Positions 1 through 13,823 of a DNA stretch of 64,000 nucleotides are shown here, piece after piece; position 1 is the first letter of the stretch, and each line of letters begins with the position of its first letter. Origin of the DNA: Octopus vulgaris (lineage: Eukaryota). A program made the position numbers and the translations under genes. Under the pieces are notes generated by a model. It was not told the origin of the DNA. It made no database searches and was given only the letters and a program-made list of their open reading frames with translations. The stretch covers positions 70,432,001 to 70,496,000 of the forward strand of contig OX597814.1 of the NCBI GenBank assembly GCA_951406725.2, given 5' to 3'.

Positions 1-2040
1 AACAACTGAGACTGCTAAGGAATTTGTGGTTAACATCTTATTATATGCATTCAGCGCAGACTTCAAGACTGCTCGAACTCTTCTGTAACATTCTCTTTCA
101 TGCTTGCATGCTGGATACCAGAGCCTTCATTTATTCCTAGGTATTTATAGGTTTGTTCCTGCTCAAGTTCCTTTATTACTGTTTCGACATCTAATTTGAT
201 AGAACTTGACTTTACCGATTTCCCTTTTTTAAAAGTGGATTTGGCATACTTTTCAAGGCCAAACTTCCATATTGATATCATCACTGAATCCTTTCACAGT
301 ATGTAGTAGTCCTTCAAGCTCTTCATCATCTTTGCCATATAGTTTTAAATCATCCATATAAAATAGATGGCTTATTTTCCTGTTATATTCAGTTCACTTG
401 AGAGTGGTATTAGTGCTATACAGAAAATTAGTGGTGAAAGTGAGTCACCTTGGAAAATGCCACAGTTTATGCTAATATTGTTTGAGCGCAATACTACATT
501 AGAATGATATAATTGGAGCTTCATGTTCCATAGTGACATATTATACTTTAAAAAATCTGAAATCACAGGACAAATTTTGAAAATGTCCAGCAATTTCAGA
601 ATCCACGTATAATCAATCCATGAAGAGCTGAGATTTCTGCACTTGTTATGGCAGTTCTCAAGAATCATGTGATTAATTAGGAGCTGATCTTTGCATCCGT
701 ATGAGCCTCATCTGCATCCTTTTTGTTCAGCGGGAAAGCGGTTATTCTCTTCCATAAACATATGTTTTCTCCACTAGAATTGATGTCAAAATCTTATAGG
801 TAGTAGACAAACATGTTATAGGCCAGTAGTTTTTGGGGTCTTTGGTTTCTTTATTTTGGGGGAGGAAGTAAGTAATAGCATTTGCCATTCAATGGGGAGT
901 TTTTTCCGTGTCTTTGATAATACTTTTAAATAGTATTACTAACATTTTGTGTGCGGATGAGAGTGATGAGAGCCAGAAATTTGGTACTCCATCAATACCA
1001 AGGGATTTCCACTTATGAGCATTTGATAGTGCCCTCCTTAGGTCGGCGATTGAGATGTCTTCCCATACCTGTTCTTGTAGATTTTTGTAGGCATCTTGGC
1101 TGGGTTTGATCTGGTCTGCATTTTTATTGTATGGTTTCTCATTCCAGATCCCTTTCCAAAAGTTTTCAACTTCTTCCATTTGGGTTGGATTTTCAATGGT
1201 TATTTTTCTTTCCCTATTTCCCTGTAAAATGATTTGGCATTGGATTTGAACATCTTATTTTGCTTGTAGCATTTGATACTTTTCTCAAATCTCCGTATTC
1301 TCTGAACTTTTTATGTTGTATGATTTCTTGTGTAATGCAGTTGCCAATTTTTATTTGTGTTTTATGTTGGTGTGCATTTGAGAGGTTATGGAGTGGTTCC
1401 CTATCATTCATATTTGTATGCCCTACAACTGCAAGCTCATTCAGAACTTCCTGCTTCATTGCAACGATAGATTTTCTGTGTTGTTCAGCAAATATGTAGT
1501 CTTCAAATTCTGTTTCAACATCATTTTCCTGGCTGTTCTTTCTAGGGTCATTATATTTTCCTTTTTCTTCAGGTTCTTGAGTGGTTTCGGCAGATGGTCG
1601 CTTTTCAGTCAATGCTTGTGGTCCAACATTCCGCTCCTCTGCTTCATTATTTCTTTCCTTACTTATATTTAGGTCATTCTCTACCACTGTTTTAATAGAG
1701 GTTAATTCTGCATCTGTGAGTCTGGTATTTCTGAAGCTATCTCTTCTAACATTTGCTAATCTGTTTCCATTCAGGTTTGGTCTGCTAGCTGGATTCTGGC
1801 TCCTCCAAATTCTGTAGGAGTTTGTGATGTGTTTCTCTTGGGTTGGCCTACTTAATGCAAAGTAATAAGCATATATTACTTCTTTATATTCTTCCTCGTT
1901 TCATTTAGTTCTTTTACATTTTTGATTTTGTGGTTGTTGTGGTGGTGAACTTTCGGGCTTAATTTGGGACAAATTCAGGAAAGATATTCTGCCTTTTGAA
2001 AATTTTTTGCTGCCAGGCTGACAGCCTCCCGACAGGCGCA
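1..2040 (-). mobile_element. Degenerate R4/Dong-type non-LTR retrotransposon (N-terminal region and RT), running off the window start
   Basis: ORF fragments give GIFQGDSLSPLIFCIALIPLS, SHLFYMDDLKLY (read at ~333-373), YKYLGI and WKSLGIDGVPNFWL; N-terminal K*NEEEYKEVIYAYYFAL near 1855-1910; many stops and frameshifts. Confidence 0.8.
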
Positions 2041-2185
2041 CTTCCAGAATAACCATTGGACAAGTGATTCGGTGTACTGTTTGAAATTTTCTTTTCTTTT
2101 TAAGTAAAGTTAAATTATTATTAAATTTTCATTTTTTTTAGATATTTATTTATTTATTTATTTTTTAACCACTAATCTTCATATG

Positions 2186-3825
2186 GGGACCAAAAACAGG
2201 ATCCCTAGAGAAAGGAAGATTCTTATGAGACGACAGACAAGGATTGCGAACCGCCTGAGCAAGCACACCAAAAGTGGTGAGAAGTCTCGGCTCAAGAGAA
2301 TACTAATGGAAATTGAGAAAAGTCTGCATCAGTCTCATGAAAAGGAGAGAGCAGATAAAGAAGCCTGGGTAATAGAAAATATAAAATCAAACCCTAAAGC
2401 TTTCTTTAAGTTTGCCAAAGAGACAGCTGCAGTGCACCAGAGAATAGGATCTCTCTTCCAAAAAGATGGCTCCCTCACAGGAAATCCGACGAGGATAAGT
2501 GAAATAATGAACGAACAGTTCCAAAGTGTGTTCACTACACCTCTAGAACACAGGCAAGTAAACAACCCAGAAGAATTCTTTGCCACTTTACCTGTGGCCA
2601 AAGAGGCAAAAATTGAGTACATCAATATTGAAGATGATGATATCACACTGGCTCAGCTGACACAAACTCAGCTGCTGGACCTGATGGATTTCCAGCGATC
2701 CTTCTCAAATCGCTACAGTTTCTTTTTCAGAGCTTTCTTGCAAAATAGAAAGAGTGGGGTAATATGCCCTATCCATAAGGGAGGAAGCAGAGCAGATGCT
2801 AAAAATTATAGGCCTATCTCTCTGACCTCACACATCAGCAAAGTCATGGAACAAATAGTCTGCAAGAAACTAATCATGTTCCTGGAAGAAAATGACTTGC
2901 TGACTGACACCCAGCATGGATTTCGACCAGGTAGAAGCTGCCTAACACAGCTCCTGCAACACTATGACCGGGTGTTAAAACAGCTACTAAATGGCTCAAA
3001 TGTTGATGTGATATATCTCGACTTTGCAAAAGCCTTTGAAAAGTTGACCACGGTATGATTTGTTACAAACTGCATGGTATCGGCATAGGTGGAAAACTTG
3101 GAGAGTGGCTGCACAACTTCGTAAATGATAGAAGGCAGGCAGTTGTGACCAATGGAGCCACCTCCAAGGAAACACAAATAACAAGCGGTGTTCCACAGGG
3201 CACTGTCTTGGGGCCACTGCTGTTCATAGTGGCCCTTTCAGACATGCCCTCAGTTGCTAAGATGGCCACCCTTGCTAGCTATGCAGATGACACAAAAGTC
3301 TCCCACACAATACAAAACCCTGGAAATATTGCACATCTGCAACAGGAGTTGGATACAAAATACAGGTGGGCTGAGGACAACAACATGCAGTTTAATGCAG
3401 GTAAGTACCAGGCCCTGCGCTACCGGCACACAAAAGTAAAGACATGCAGACTGGATACACTGGCCCGGGAAGAATTGCAAACCCTGAGTCAAAATCAGTG
3501 CGTGACCTGGGCATTGACATGAGCAATGATGCATCTTTCCAAGTGCATATTACTAATTTGGTGATAAAATGCAGACGGCTAGCTGGATGGATTCTCCGAA
3601 CTTTCAGAACAAGAGACAAAGAGACACTGATTGTACTGTGGAAAACTTTTGTCCTCAGCCGCTTGAACTACTGCTCCCAACGATGGTCACCACACAATAT
3701 AAAACTAACAGCAAAACTCGAAGCTATTCAAAGAAGCAACACTAAGAAGATCGTCTCAATGCAACATATCAGCTACTGGGAAAAGACTGAAAGTATTAAA
3801 ACTCTTCTCCCTAGAGCGAAGGTGG
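2186..3825 (+). mobile_element. CR1-group LINE fragment (family A), RT region, frameshifted
   Basis: [56 protein letters not shown]; closely similar to 38857-40935. Confidence 0.9.
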
Positions 3826-4179
3826 GACAGACATTTTTTTCCAAATACGCCAGCTAAGTTGTACTGTCTTTAGTCGTAAGACACCAGCTGTTTATGTCCT
3901 GTTGTTACTATTATTGTTTTTTGTATTTATATTCGTGTGGCATCGTCTGTTTTTCTGTCCTTGTTCATATACATTCGATCCTTTTTCCAAGAAATCTAAT
4001 GTTCGTAGCTTAGATTTTCCTAGGGGCTGGCCAGATCGGGGCGATCTCAAGATTAATCAGCCGAAATTGCGAGGATGATCCGGTTCTTCACTGAAGATTG
4101 AAGGCTTCGAATGTCCCGTCCGTGTTTTTTTATACCGTCTTCTAAATGTTTTACGTTTTTGTCCCAGTTTGTATTTTTG

Positions 4180-4230
<51 letters not shown>

Positions 4231-4420
4231 AGAGTGTATTTTTACCTTGTTAACAATTAACACGGAAAAATAGATAAATAGTTACCAGGGCAGCAAAAAT
4301 CTCACAAGTAAAGGTGTTGTAACTCCTTGTTTATAAAGGTAGAAACTTCGTGTTTACGTTGAATATTTTGAATAATATGAATAAAAAATGGAGTTAACGC
4401 AGGTGTAATCAAATATTTTT

Positions 4421-4506
4421 ACTTTCGACACAGGTTTCGAAAATTCCACTGATACTATTCAAAAGAATAAATGGTATAAACAATGCAATCTTTTTCTCAG
4501 GAAAGT
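4421..4506 (-). ncRNA. Type I hammerhead ribozyme motif (mutated core CUGAGAA)
   Basis: Reverse strand: actttc CTGAGAA [long stem II] GAAA cctgtg TC gaaagt; mirror of 5665-5750. Confidence 0.65.
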
Positions 4507-4707
4507 GAAAAAAACGAAACTCGTCAATAAGACATTTTAGCAAAAAATGATGGATTTGTATAGCGATAGACAGAACGCTATTAATATTGTTTAAAAAAAC
4601 GTTATATGATATAACGTCATAAGTAGCTAACAGAAGGAGTAGGGATATTAATAGTGAATGTTAAATATAAAGGAAATTAAAGTTTAAATTATATCTAATG
4701 ATAGAGA

Positions 4708-5499
4708 CTACTTATATGCACTAAATGTATGTTTTTGCCAATGCTTACATCTGTATGCTCGCTCTATAACCGTGTTTACTAGAATATTTTTAGAAAAAAT
4801 AATGAAAAATAGCTCAGAATTGCAGAGAAGACAGAATTTCTTGCCTTTGTCATATGGTATCGAAATTGAGAGAATCAACCATTCTAAATGAAATTGTTCA
4901 TTGTGGTCTTTTAAATCCCAAATCAGTTTGCTGAGACCGGTACTATTCCGTTTATTTCTATCCCTAAATGTTGAGTAATGGATAGAAATTCTTTTAGATA
5001 ACTCTAACGCTGTGCTTCCAATGTAAAATCGTACTTTATTACGAGTACTGATTATACACTGGTATATAGAATTTTTAATCTTAGAGTTACTTGACATAAA
5101 CTTAATTCTATTGGAATTGACTTCAGATACAATAACCTTGTTATTAATATTTCTAGAGGGTTGGATGGTATCAGCTAAATTAATGTTAGTATTAGTAAAT
5201 GTATTAATATTTAACAGTTTGTTATTATGAGAAGAGATAATTTGCAAGAGATTTTTTGTGTTTGAAAAACCTATCCTAGCCTTATGTGAATTGATTATAG
5301 AGTAATATCTAGAATTGTTTGGAAAATTCCTAGCAATAGCTTGACGAAACAGCAGTGGAAGATTAGATTTAATTTGTCTCCCGTAAGGAATTATTAACCA
5401 AATATTTCTACTAGTATTCATAGCGTAATTACTTTTGAAGGTGTTATATTTACTTTTAGATCGATAATAGGGGATTAAATAAGGGTTATCTGCCTTCAT
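4708..5499 (-). pseudogene. PLE C-terminal linker + GIY-YIG endonuclease (263 aa, 5'-truncated)
   Basis: SIYQC...FYIGST...KRISIH...TGLSKLIW...CLLCNSE...RCKH. Confidence 0.85.
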
Positions 5500-5664
5500 T
5501 CGCTTTGTATCGGTGCGTAAGTTATGTTTGTTATCAATGATTCTTTTACGACCAGAAATCTTATCTACATTATTGAATTTACAATTAGACTGAGCAGAAT
5601 CTATGTAGAAAATTTTCTCTGTATAACCTGCTAAAATGTCTTATTGACGAGTTTCGTTTTTTTC

Positions 5665-5750
5665 ACTTTCTTGAGGAGAAGATTGCATTGTTTATACCAT
5701 TTATTCTTTTGAATAGTATCAGTGGAATTTTCGAAACATGTGTCGAAAGT
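5665..5750 (+). ncRNA. Type I hammerhead ribozyme motif (mutated core UUGAGGA)
   Basis: actttc TTGAGGA gaagattgcattg...cagtggaattttc GAAA catgtg TC gaaagt; consensus with the mirror copy is canonical CUGAGGA. Confidence 0.7.
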
Positions 5751-5793
5751 AAAAATATTTGATTACACCTGCGTTAACTCCATTTTTTATTCG

Positions 5794-5952
<159 letters not shown>

Positions 5953-5961
5953 ATATATATA

Positions 5962-6597
5962 CTAGCAGTATCGCCCGGCGTTGCTCGGGTTTGTAAGGGA
6001 AATAACTATATAAGCATTTTTAGAGAGTTATAGCCAAAAAATAGCAAAAAATGCATTAAAAATGGAAAAAATATGATGGTAATTTTTTTTTTAAATCGTT
6101 GACTCATCGTAGACATTTTTAGAGAGTTACTTCCCTTATATAATAGCGAAAAAAATGCATTAAAATGGAAAAAAACGATGGTAAATTTTTTTAAAATCGT
6201 AGACTCATGTAGACGCTTTCTTAGCCATTTCTGTTTTGGTGTCTTCAAGCCATGAAGTCGTTGTTCTAAAAGAACGCTGGTCTCGTTGACAACGCATTAC
6301 GACGTTGATTTCCTTACACTCCCTTCCCCACAGGTGCAGGTGTGAGCGTGGACGCCAACTCCGCCGCCATCGACACACGAAAAATTATGCATTAAAATGG
6401 AATAAAAAATGATGTTAAATTATTTTTAAAATCGTAGACTCATCGTAGACGCGCGCTAATACTCAGACGGGCTCGATATGAATCACGACTATAAGCTACC
6501 CGAATTTGGTTAAACTGCACCGCAAAATGTGGGAGTAGTTAGGAATCTAAATCGAAGGGGACAGACACTCACACAACTACAGTTTTATATATATAGA
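5962..6597 (-). mobile_element. Non-autonomous Helitron-like element
   Basis: Minus strand starts TCTATATATATAAAA and ends cccg-agcaacgc-cggg hairpin + CTAG, between A and T; internal ~110-bp duplications; related copy at 18048-18442. Confidence 0.75.
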
Positions 6598-6689
6598 TAT
6601 ACATAGCGCAGTAGTGGTGAGATGTAACAGCAAAGAAAAGCATACATTCACTCTCTGCATGCAATTAGACTCGGAAAGTTCGTGAGGAA

Positions 6690-7208
6690 CCCATTCACCC
6701 AATTTGCTGACTTTTCCGATAGCACACAGGTCTCAATGAATGGTTGAATGACCAAATCCAAGCTTCTCTGCTAGTTCCTCAACAGTTACGATGAGATTTT
6801 GTTCCACCAGGGTTTTCAGGATGTCCTTGTCGAGTTCTACGGATCTTTCAGGATGAGGCTCGTCTTCTAGGCTGTAGTTTATGGCTCGGAATTTCTGGAA
6901 CCACCATTGACACTGCCTTACGCTTATTGTCCAATCCCCATATACTGCATTAATATTTCTTGTACTTTCCGTTGCGTTGTTGTCTTTATTGAACTCATAA
7001 AGCAAAATATGCCAAATATGCTCCTTTGTTACTTCCAATATAGCTTTGAAAAAAATAGCTGTTAAAATCGAAATGCACTCTTCAAAACTTGCACTATGAA
7101 TAAGGACAAGATAAAATTACTACCTGCTTTTATAGCAAGTTAATATAAGTAGTTTATCCCATTCCCCTCTGACGTTTAGTTCAAGCTGTTGAAAAAACCG
7201 CATTATTA
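6690..7208 (-). mobile_element. Mariner transposon 5' remnant (transposase HTH ORF 6733-7038)
   Basis: HILLYEF..NNATESTRNINAVYG...WFQKFR...SLEDEP...TVEELAEKLG is the mariner paired-like HTH; TIR-like TAATGCGGTTTT at ~7195-7206. Confidence 0.85.
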
Positions 7209-7220
7209 TATATATATACA

Positions 7221-7252
<32 letters not shown>

Positions 7253-7488
7253 CACACACACTCTCTCTCTCACACACATGCACACATTTATATTCTGTTA
7301 TTCTTTTATATGTTTCAGCCTTGAGGTTGTGGCCATGCTGGATCATGTGTGTGTGTGTGTGTGTGTGTCTATCTGTCTGTCTGTCTGTATGTATATATGT
7401 ATATGTATGTGTGTGAACAATAATATTTTCAACAGATGTGTTGCAAATGTATCTGATTGTTCTCAAGCTTCAATACTGTGTGTGTGTA

Positions 7489-7521
<33 letters not shown>

Positions 7522-7546
7522 ATATGTATGTATGTATGTATGTATG

Positions 7547-7577
<31 letters not shown>

Positions 7578-8302
7578 GTGTATGTATGTATGTGTGTGTG
7601 TATGTGTGTATGTGTGTGTGTGTATGTATGTATGTATGTATGTATGTATGAGTGTATGTTTACTTTATTACTAACACAAGCCACTACGGTCATTTAATGT
7701 AAAGTCTTCCTCAAATCACTCTCTCTCGCTATTTACTCTCTTCCAAGAACATTTTCACCCACTCTTATCTCTTAGCTTCCCATACATTTTACTCATGTAT
7801 CTATCAGCGTCATAGACAGAAACAAATATTACATCGCCATCGTCATCGCATTCTATTGTCTACCTGTCAACACACTGAATTACTTTCACTATATTCGTAG
7901 CACACTGTGCGTGTGCGTTTGCGTGTGCTGTAAACCAGACTAAGAAAAGCATTTGACATACACACCAGAATGTGAGTTTTCTGTAAATTTTGCTTAATTT
8001 GAGTTTAAATTTTAAAAACTGGACCTGGCATGACCCGATGCATTCTACTCTTAAAAATGCTAGGTAAATTGTAATTGAAGAAATCCTATATCGTAGATTT
8101 CTATAACTCCCAAAGGGAGGCAGATAAAATCTGCCTTTTATAATAAGAGATGTATATATATGTATATGTATATATATATATATGTATATATATGTATATG
8201 TATATATATATATGTATATGTATATATATATATGTATATATATGTATATATATATGTATATATATATGTATATATGTGTATATATATATATATGTATATA
8301 TG

Positions 8303-8337
<35 letters not shown>

Positions 8338-8366
8338 ATATATATATATATAAATATATATATGTA

Positions 8367-8405
<39 letters not shown>

Positions 8406-8413
<8 letters not shown>

Positions 8414-8735
8414 ATATTTCGGAATGGTCATATTGCCAGTTTAGCCAATAAAAACACACGCACTATATATTTGGTGTTATTTTGCTTCAGTGATATTTAT
8501 TTTTTACATTAATCTTAATCTTATTTCGGCCAGAGTTCTTTCGTCACACTCCTGTGACCGCATCAGTGGTCCTTTGTTTTCTTCTTTCGTATTTGTTTCT
8601 CTCCTTACTAACACCAAATATACAGTGCGTGTGTTTTTATTGGCTAAACTGGCAATATGACCATTCCGAAATATAACAATATCTGTTTCAACACACGACT
8701 TCACATAAAAAATCTTGCACAACAAATATTTAAAC

Positions 8736-8737
<2 letters not shown>
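8406..8737. mobile_element. Short non-coding fold-back PLE derivative
   Basis: 74-bp inverted repeat 8406-8479 / 8609-8682, hammerhead-like motif between the arms, ~55-nt extension on the right, (TA)n on both sides. Confidence 0.7.
8528..8572 (-). ncRNA. Hammerhead-like motif, variant core
   Basis: ggacca CTGATGCG gtcac-aggagt-gtgac GAAA gaac TC tggcc. Confidence 0.55.
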
Positions 8738-8778
<41 letters not shown>

Positions 8779-9887
8779 TGGAGGTCAGTTCGGAAAAAGA
8801 AAATAAGAGTGATATGACCCACTTTTGCTGGTTTGTAGTCTTAAAGTCTGGGATATAAAGTTATTGCCTTTTGTTCTGCCATTTTTCGGAGACATTTATG
8901 TTTTCGGAAGAGACCTCTGCCCCTGTTCCGGTCAAGGAAAGTTCGAGAAACCACCTCTTTAAAATGCGACGCGCTGTGAGCTTGTGAGTCAGTCGGCAGT
9001 TGGGATTGTGGGCAGTCAGTCAGTCAGTCAGTCAGTCGGCAGTTGGGATTGTAGGCAGTCAGTCAGGCAGTCGGGAACAGAGCGAGTTGGCAATAGGTAG
9101 TTCTACCTGAGACAGCAACGGGGCAGTTTTGGCCAAGGACAGCGATGATACGGACGGTCAGCCAAGAAGGTGGCGATGGCGAGGGGCAACTACACCGCTG
9201 AGAAAGACAGACAGACAGTGAGAGGATGAGAGGTTGAGAAAGACATACACAGAGGATTGAGAGCGAAAGAGGGATTACGGCGGATAGAAGGCATGGCTAT
9301 TATAGTAGGAGTTGAAACGGTATGTGTTGTTTATGTTTTGATGTGAATTGTGTTAAAAAGAGTTGTTAAAGAAAAAAGAATTGATGTGTTAAATAAAAAG
9401 GAGAAAGAACTGTGAATTAAGGAAAAGAGGAAGAAAAAAATGGGTTGTTGAAAAGAAAAAGAAAGAGAAAGACTTTAATGTGATTTGAACATTGAACTGT
9501 ATCGTGAATTGAACTGATTTGTCTCTGAACTGTATCGTGAACATTATTTGATTTTGAACTGTTGTCTCCGGACTGTGTTGTATCTGTATGCTTTGATTTT
9601 GTTGATTCTGTTGCTTGTATTTTCTTTGATGTATCTGATATTGTAATGATTGTTATAAACTGTTTTTAAATGTAAGCCAATTGCCTTCCGCCGTGTCTCT
9701 GTATCTCTTCCTGCTGTTGTTGTTGTTGTTCTCTCCGGTCGCCGAGTTCGCTGCCATTCCCCCACCGAATTCTCTCTTTCCGTGGCGAATTCGCCGTTCG
9801 ACTGGGCTGGTGCAATCGTCGTCGCTCGACTTGGTAGGGTCCCGGGTTTCCGAAGAGTTTGGGCGACGGCAGGTAGTATACGTAACA
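8779..9887 (+). mobile_element. Solo LTR related to the Gypsy LTR at 28518-29616
   Basis: TG...CA ends, ~1.1 kb; 9668-9887 (taaatgtaagcca...ttccgtggcgaa...cgtaaca) aligns by eye to the reverse complement of 28518-28690. Confidence 0.7.
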
Positions 9888-9975
<88 letters not shown>

Positions 9976-10311
9976 ATACAATATGTTACATTACTCGGTA
10001 GTCAAGATAAAACTCTGAGTTTCAGATGCCGAAGTGGAAATCCACAACACCATCTCTTCGGTTATCTGGCTATTTGAAAACGTTATGGAAAAATACCGTT
10101 AAAAATGAAGGGAAATTACTCTGTTATAACTCTGCTTTGCCTGCGTACTTATACATCGCTCGCATTTTTCGTCATAAAAATTATATAAAAATACATAAAA
10201 ATATATAAAAATATATAAAAATATATAAAATCTTCTTGGGACATAACACAGAAAGCATGTTCTATCCGTTTTCTTTAGGGGACCAAAAACGTAACAGAAA
10301 TTTAGTCACAT

Positions 10312-10881
10312 GTGGGCATTAGTTTTAGTTCAACTACCAATTTTAAAAACATAATCAATCATAACATACAAAAAACACAAGAAGAAAACAGCTGTTCATG
10401 CAGGAATAAAGAATTGTGCCCGCTAAATGGAGCTTGCATGTCCAAGACCATCATATATGAAGCTACCGTAAACTCTATAACCACTAAAGACACCGTTTCG
10501 ACGAAGAAATACGTGGGCCTGACAGAGGGTAATTTCAAATACGTGGGCCTGACAGAGGGTAATTTCAAGGCCAGGTTCAATAACCACACTTTGAGCTTTA
10601 GGCACTGGAACAAAAGAAAAGCGACACAATTATCCAGTCATATTTGGTCTTTAAGAGATAAAGGTGTCGATTATAACATACAATGGAAGATTTTGGCCAG
10701 ATGTAAGCCCTATACTAACGGCAGCGGAAGGTGCGGTTTATGCGACATGGAGAGATGGCTTATCTGGAAAAGCAGCTTAGACCCTACCACATGTCTAAAT
10801 ACAAGGACAGAGCTTTTCGGATCATGCCCACATGTGACTAAATTTCTGTTACGTTTTTGGTCCCCTAAAGAAAACGGATAG
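10312..10881 (+). pseudogene. PLE GIY-YIG endonuclease fragment (Naiad-like Cys pattern)
   Basis: CSCRNKELCPLNGAC, IIYEA, KYVGLTE..FKARFNNH, CGLCDME, GSCPH. Confidence 0.85.
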
Positions 10882-11075
10882 AACATGCTTTCTGTGTTAT
10901 GTCCCAAGAAGATTTTATATATTTTTATATATTTTTATATATTTTTATGTATTTTTATATAATTTTTATGACGAAAAATGCGAGCGATGTATAAGTACGC
11001 AGGCAAAGCAGAGTTATAACAGAGTAATTTCCCTTCATTTTTAACGGTATTTTTTCATAACGTTTTCAAATAGCC

Positions 11076-11138
11076 AGATAACCGAAGAGATGGTGCTGTG
11101 GATTTCCACTTCGGCATCTGAAACTCAGAGTTTTATCT
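11076..11138 (+). ncRNA. Hammerhead motif, CCGAAGA core (mirror copy 10005-10067, minus strand)
   Basis: agataa CCGAAGA gatg...catct GAAA ctc-a-gag TT ttatct. Confidence 0.7.
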
Positions 11139-11232
11139 TGACTACCGAGTGATGTAACATATTGTATAGATAAATTTCCTCTATTTACATAATATTGAGG
11201 TCTCTTTCTTTCTTTTGTTATCTTACCGTTTT

Positions 11233-11326
<94 letters not shown>

Positions 11327-11464
11327 TTGAGTTGTGGGGTATCGCACGAGTGGGATTATATAAGAAAAAAGGTTTGAAAATGCAATTTAAACGATGTTTA
11401 TTTACTTAACCGGTTTCACTCTTTGGTAAAAGATTGTCAAAAGTTACATTTAAGGAAACATTGA

Positions 11465-11690
11465 ATAATATGGGTTCAAAAAAAGTTTTTTACATAATTG
11501 TCACATTGAATATTATGCATTCAAAAAAGTTTTTTTACATAATTGTCACATTGGATATTATGGGTTCAAAAAAAGTTTTTTACATAATTGTCACATTGAA
11601 TATTATGCATTCAAAAAAGTTTTTTACATAATTGTCACATTGGATATTATGAATTCAAAAATGTTTTTTTATACATAATTGTCACATTAC
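11465..11690. repeat. 36-37-bp minisatellite, about 6 units (mirror at ~14450-14675)
   Basis: Unit ataattgtcacattgRatattatgSRttcaaaaaagtttttt(t)ac repeated. Confidence 0.9.
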
Positions 11691-12322
11691 ATGTATAAAT
11701 ATAGTGTTTGGTAACAGAGAAGTTCAATAGTATGATGAGAATATTTGGGAAAATTTGGCAGAAAAGGATAAAACAAATATATTATTGGGAATTGGTTGCG
11801 TTAATTATTGGTTGTCGCAAATTGTCACATTACATGTATATATATACAATCTTTGGTATATATATACAGCGTTTTGACAGCAAAAATTAAAATGGATTTT
11901 TTGTACATCTCAGAATATTTTAAGTATGTTTTTACTGACCTGTCAGTATTAGCAGAAAGGCTGAACTGAGAGAACAGAAGAAGTAGCCAATGTGGTGTAT
12001 ACTTCCCCTTTATGCATGAATGATTTTGGGGTTATCAGGAGGTTAGTATGCGGGTGTGAATAGATGTGTCCTTGCCTGCTGGTCAGACAGCGTCTGTTTG
12101 TCACACACATATATATACACACAAACACACACACACACAACAACACACACACACACACACACATAGTATACAAACACACACCACATACAAACAACACACA
12201 CACACACAGAACACACACACCCACACACAACGCACCCACATATATCACATATACACACAGCACACAAATATAACATGTATCTATATATAACATACACAGA
12301 TATATAACACACATACACACAC

Positions 12323-12361
<39 letters not shown>

Positions 12362-13181
12362 CACACGCACACATACATACATAATATAAATATCACACAA
12401 ATACACCTAGCATATATATACACACATACAATACACACATACAGCATGTAAGTAATATACATACACAATATATGCATGCAATATACATACGCAATACATA
12501 CATATAATATATATATATATATAGACAATGCATATACATATATACACATATACATATAAATAGTGTTTACATACACATACATAGATGTACCACATATACA
12601 CACAACACACATACATACAATGCATACACATACACGTACGCATACATATAATATATATATACACGCACACACACATAACATACATACACACACAATGCAT
12701 ACATATATATACACGCAATGCATATACATGTATTGATGCACATATAGGACACCTACAATATACATATATACAGTGCACACATACACACAAATATATACAC
12801 TTAATTGTACACGTACATATACAATACACATACATACAATATACATATACACAATGCGCATGCAAATAATGTACATGTTTATACACACATAAACATGCAA
12901 ATAAATATACACACACACACATACACACACACACATATATATACACATATATATATATATATACACACATACATACATACATACATGCACATACATATAT
13001 TTTTTCACACACATACACACACATATATCTATATAAAAAATTCACCACCCCCCACACACACAAATTACAAACCTATAGCGTACACACTCAAATATATCTC
13101 TACATATTTTATATATATATGTGTGTGTGTATGTGTGTGAAAAAATATATGTATGTGCATGTATGTATGTATGTATGTGTG

Positions 13182-13212
<31 letters not shown>

Positions 13213-13767
13213 GTGTGTGTGTGTATGTGTGTGTGTGTATATTTATTTGCATGTTTATGTGTGTATAAACATGTACATTATTTGCATGCGCATTGTGTAT
13301 ATGTATATTGTATGTATGTGTATTGTATATGTACGTGTACAATTAAGTGTATATATTTGTGTGTATGTGTGCACTGTATATATGTATATTGTAGGTGTGC
13401 TATATGTGCATGAATACATGTATATGCATTGCGTGTATATATATGTATGCATTGTGTGTGTATGTATGTTATGTGTGTGTGTGTGTGTATATATATTATA
13501 TGTATGCGTACGTGTATGTGTATGCATTGTATGTATGTGTGTTGTGTGTATATGTGGTACATCTATGTATGTGTATGTAAACACTATTTATATGTATATG
13601 TGTATATATGTATATGCATTGTCTATATATATATATATTATATGTATGTATTGCGTATGTATATTGCATGCATATATTGTGTATGTATATTACTTACATG
13701 CTGTATGTGTGTATTGTATGTGTGTATATATATGCTAGGTGTATTTGTGTGATATTTATATTATGTA

Positions 13768-13823
<56 letters not shown>

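Larger units (their letters stand above)
9972..11236 (+). mobile_element. 5'-truncated PLE with 348-bp inverted arms and 3' tail
   Basis: Arms 9972-10319 / 10824-11171; GIY-YIG ORF 10312-10881; tail 11172-11236; (TA)n flanks. Confidence 0.9.

Noticed and set aside
3830-4185. Possible hammerhead (ggctg...cagccGAAA)
   Set aside because: A stem II-like pair and GAAA are present, but there is no acceptable CUGANGA-type core or stem I; left unassigned.
7975-8150. Fourth Helitron (5' TCTCTTATTATAAAA on the minus strand)
   Set aside because: The 5' end fits, but the 3' hairpin and CTAG are too degraded to support a call.
11465-11690. 36-37-bp repeats resembling a CRISPR array
   Set aside because: Units are contiguous with no unique spacers, and the context is eukaryotic; this is a minisatellite.
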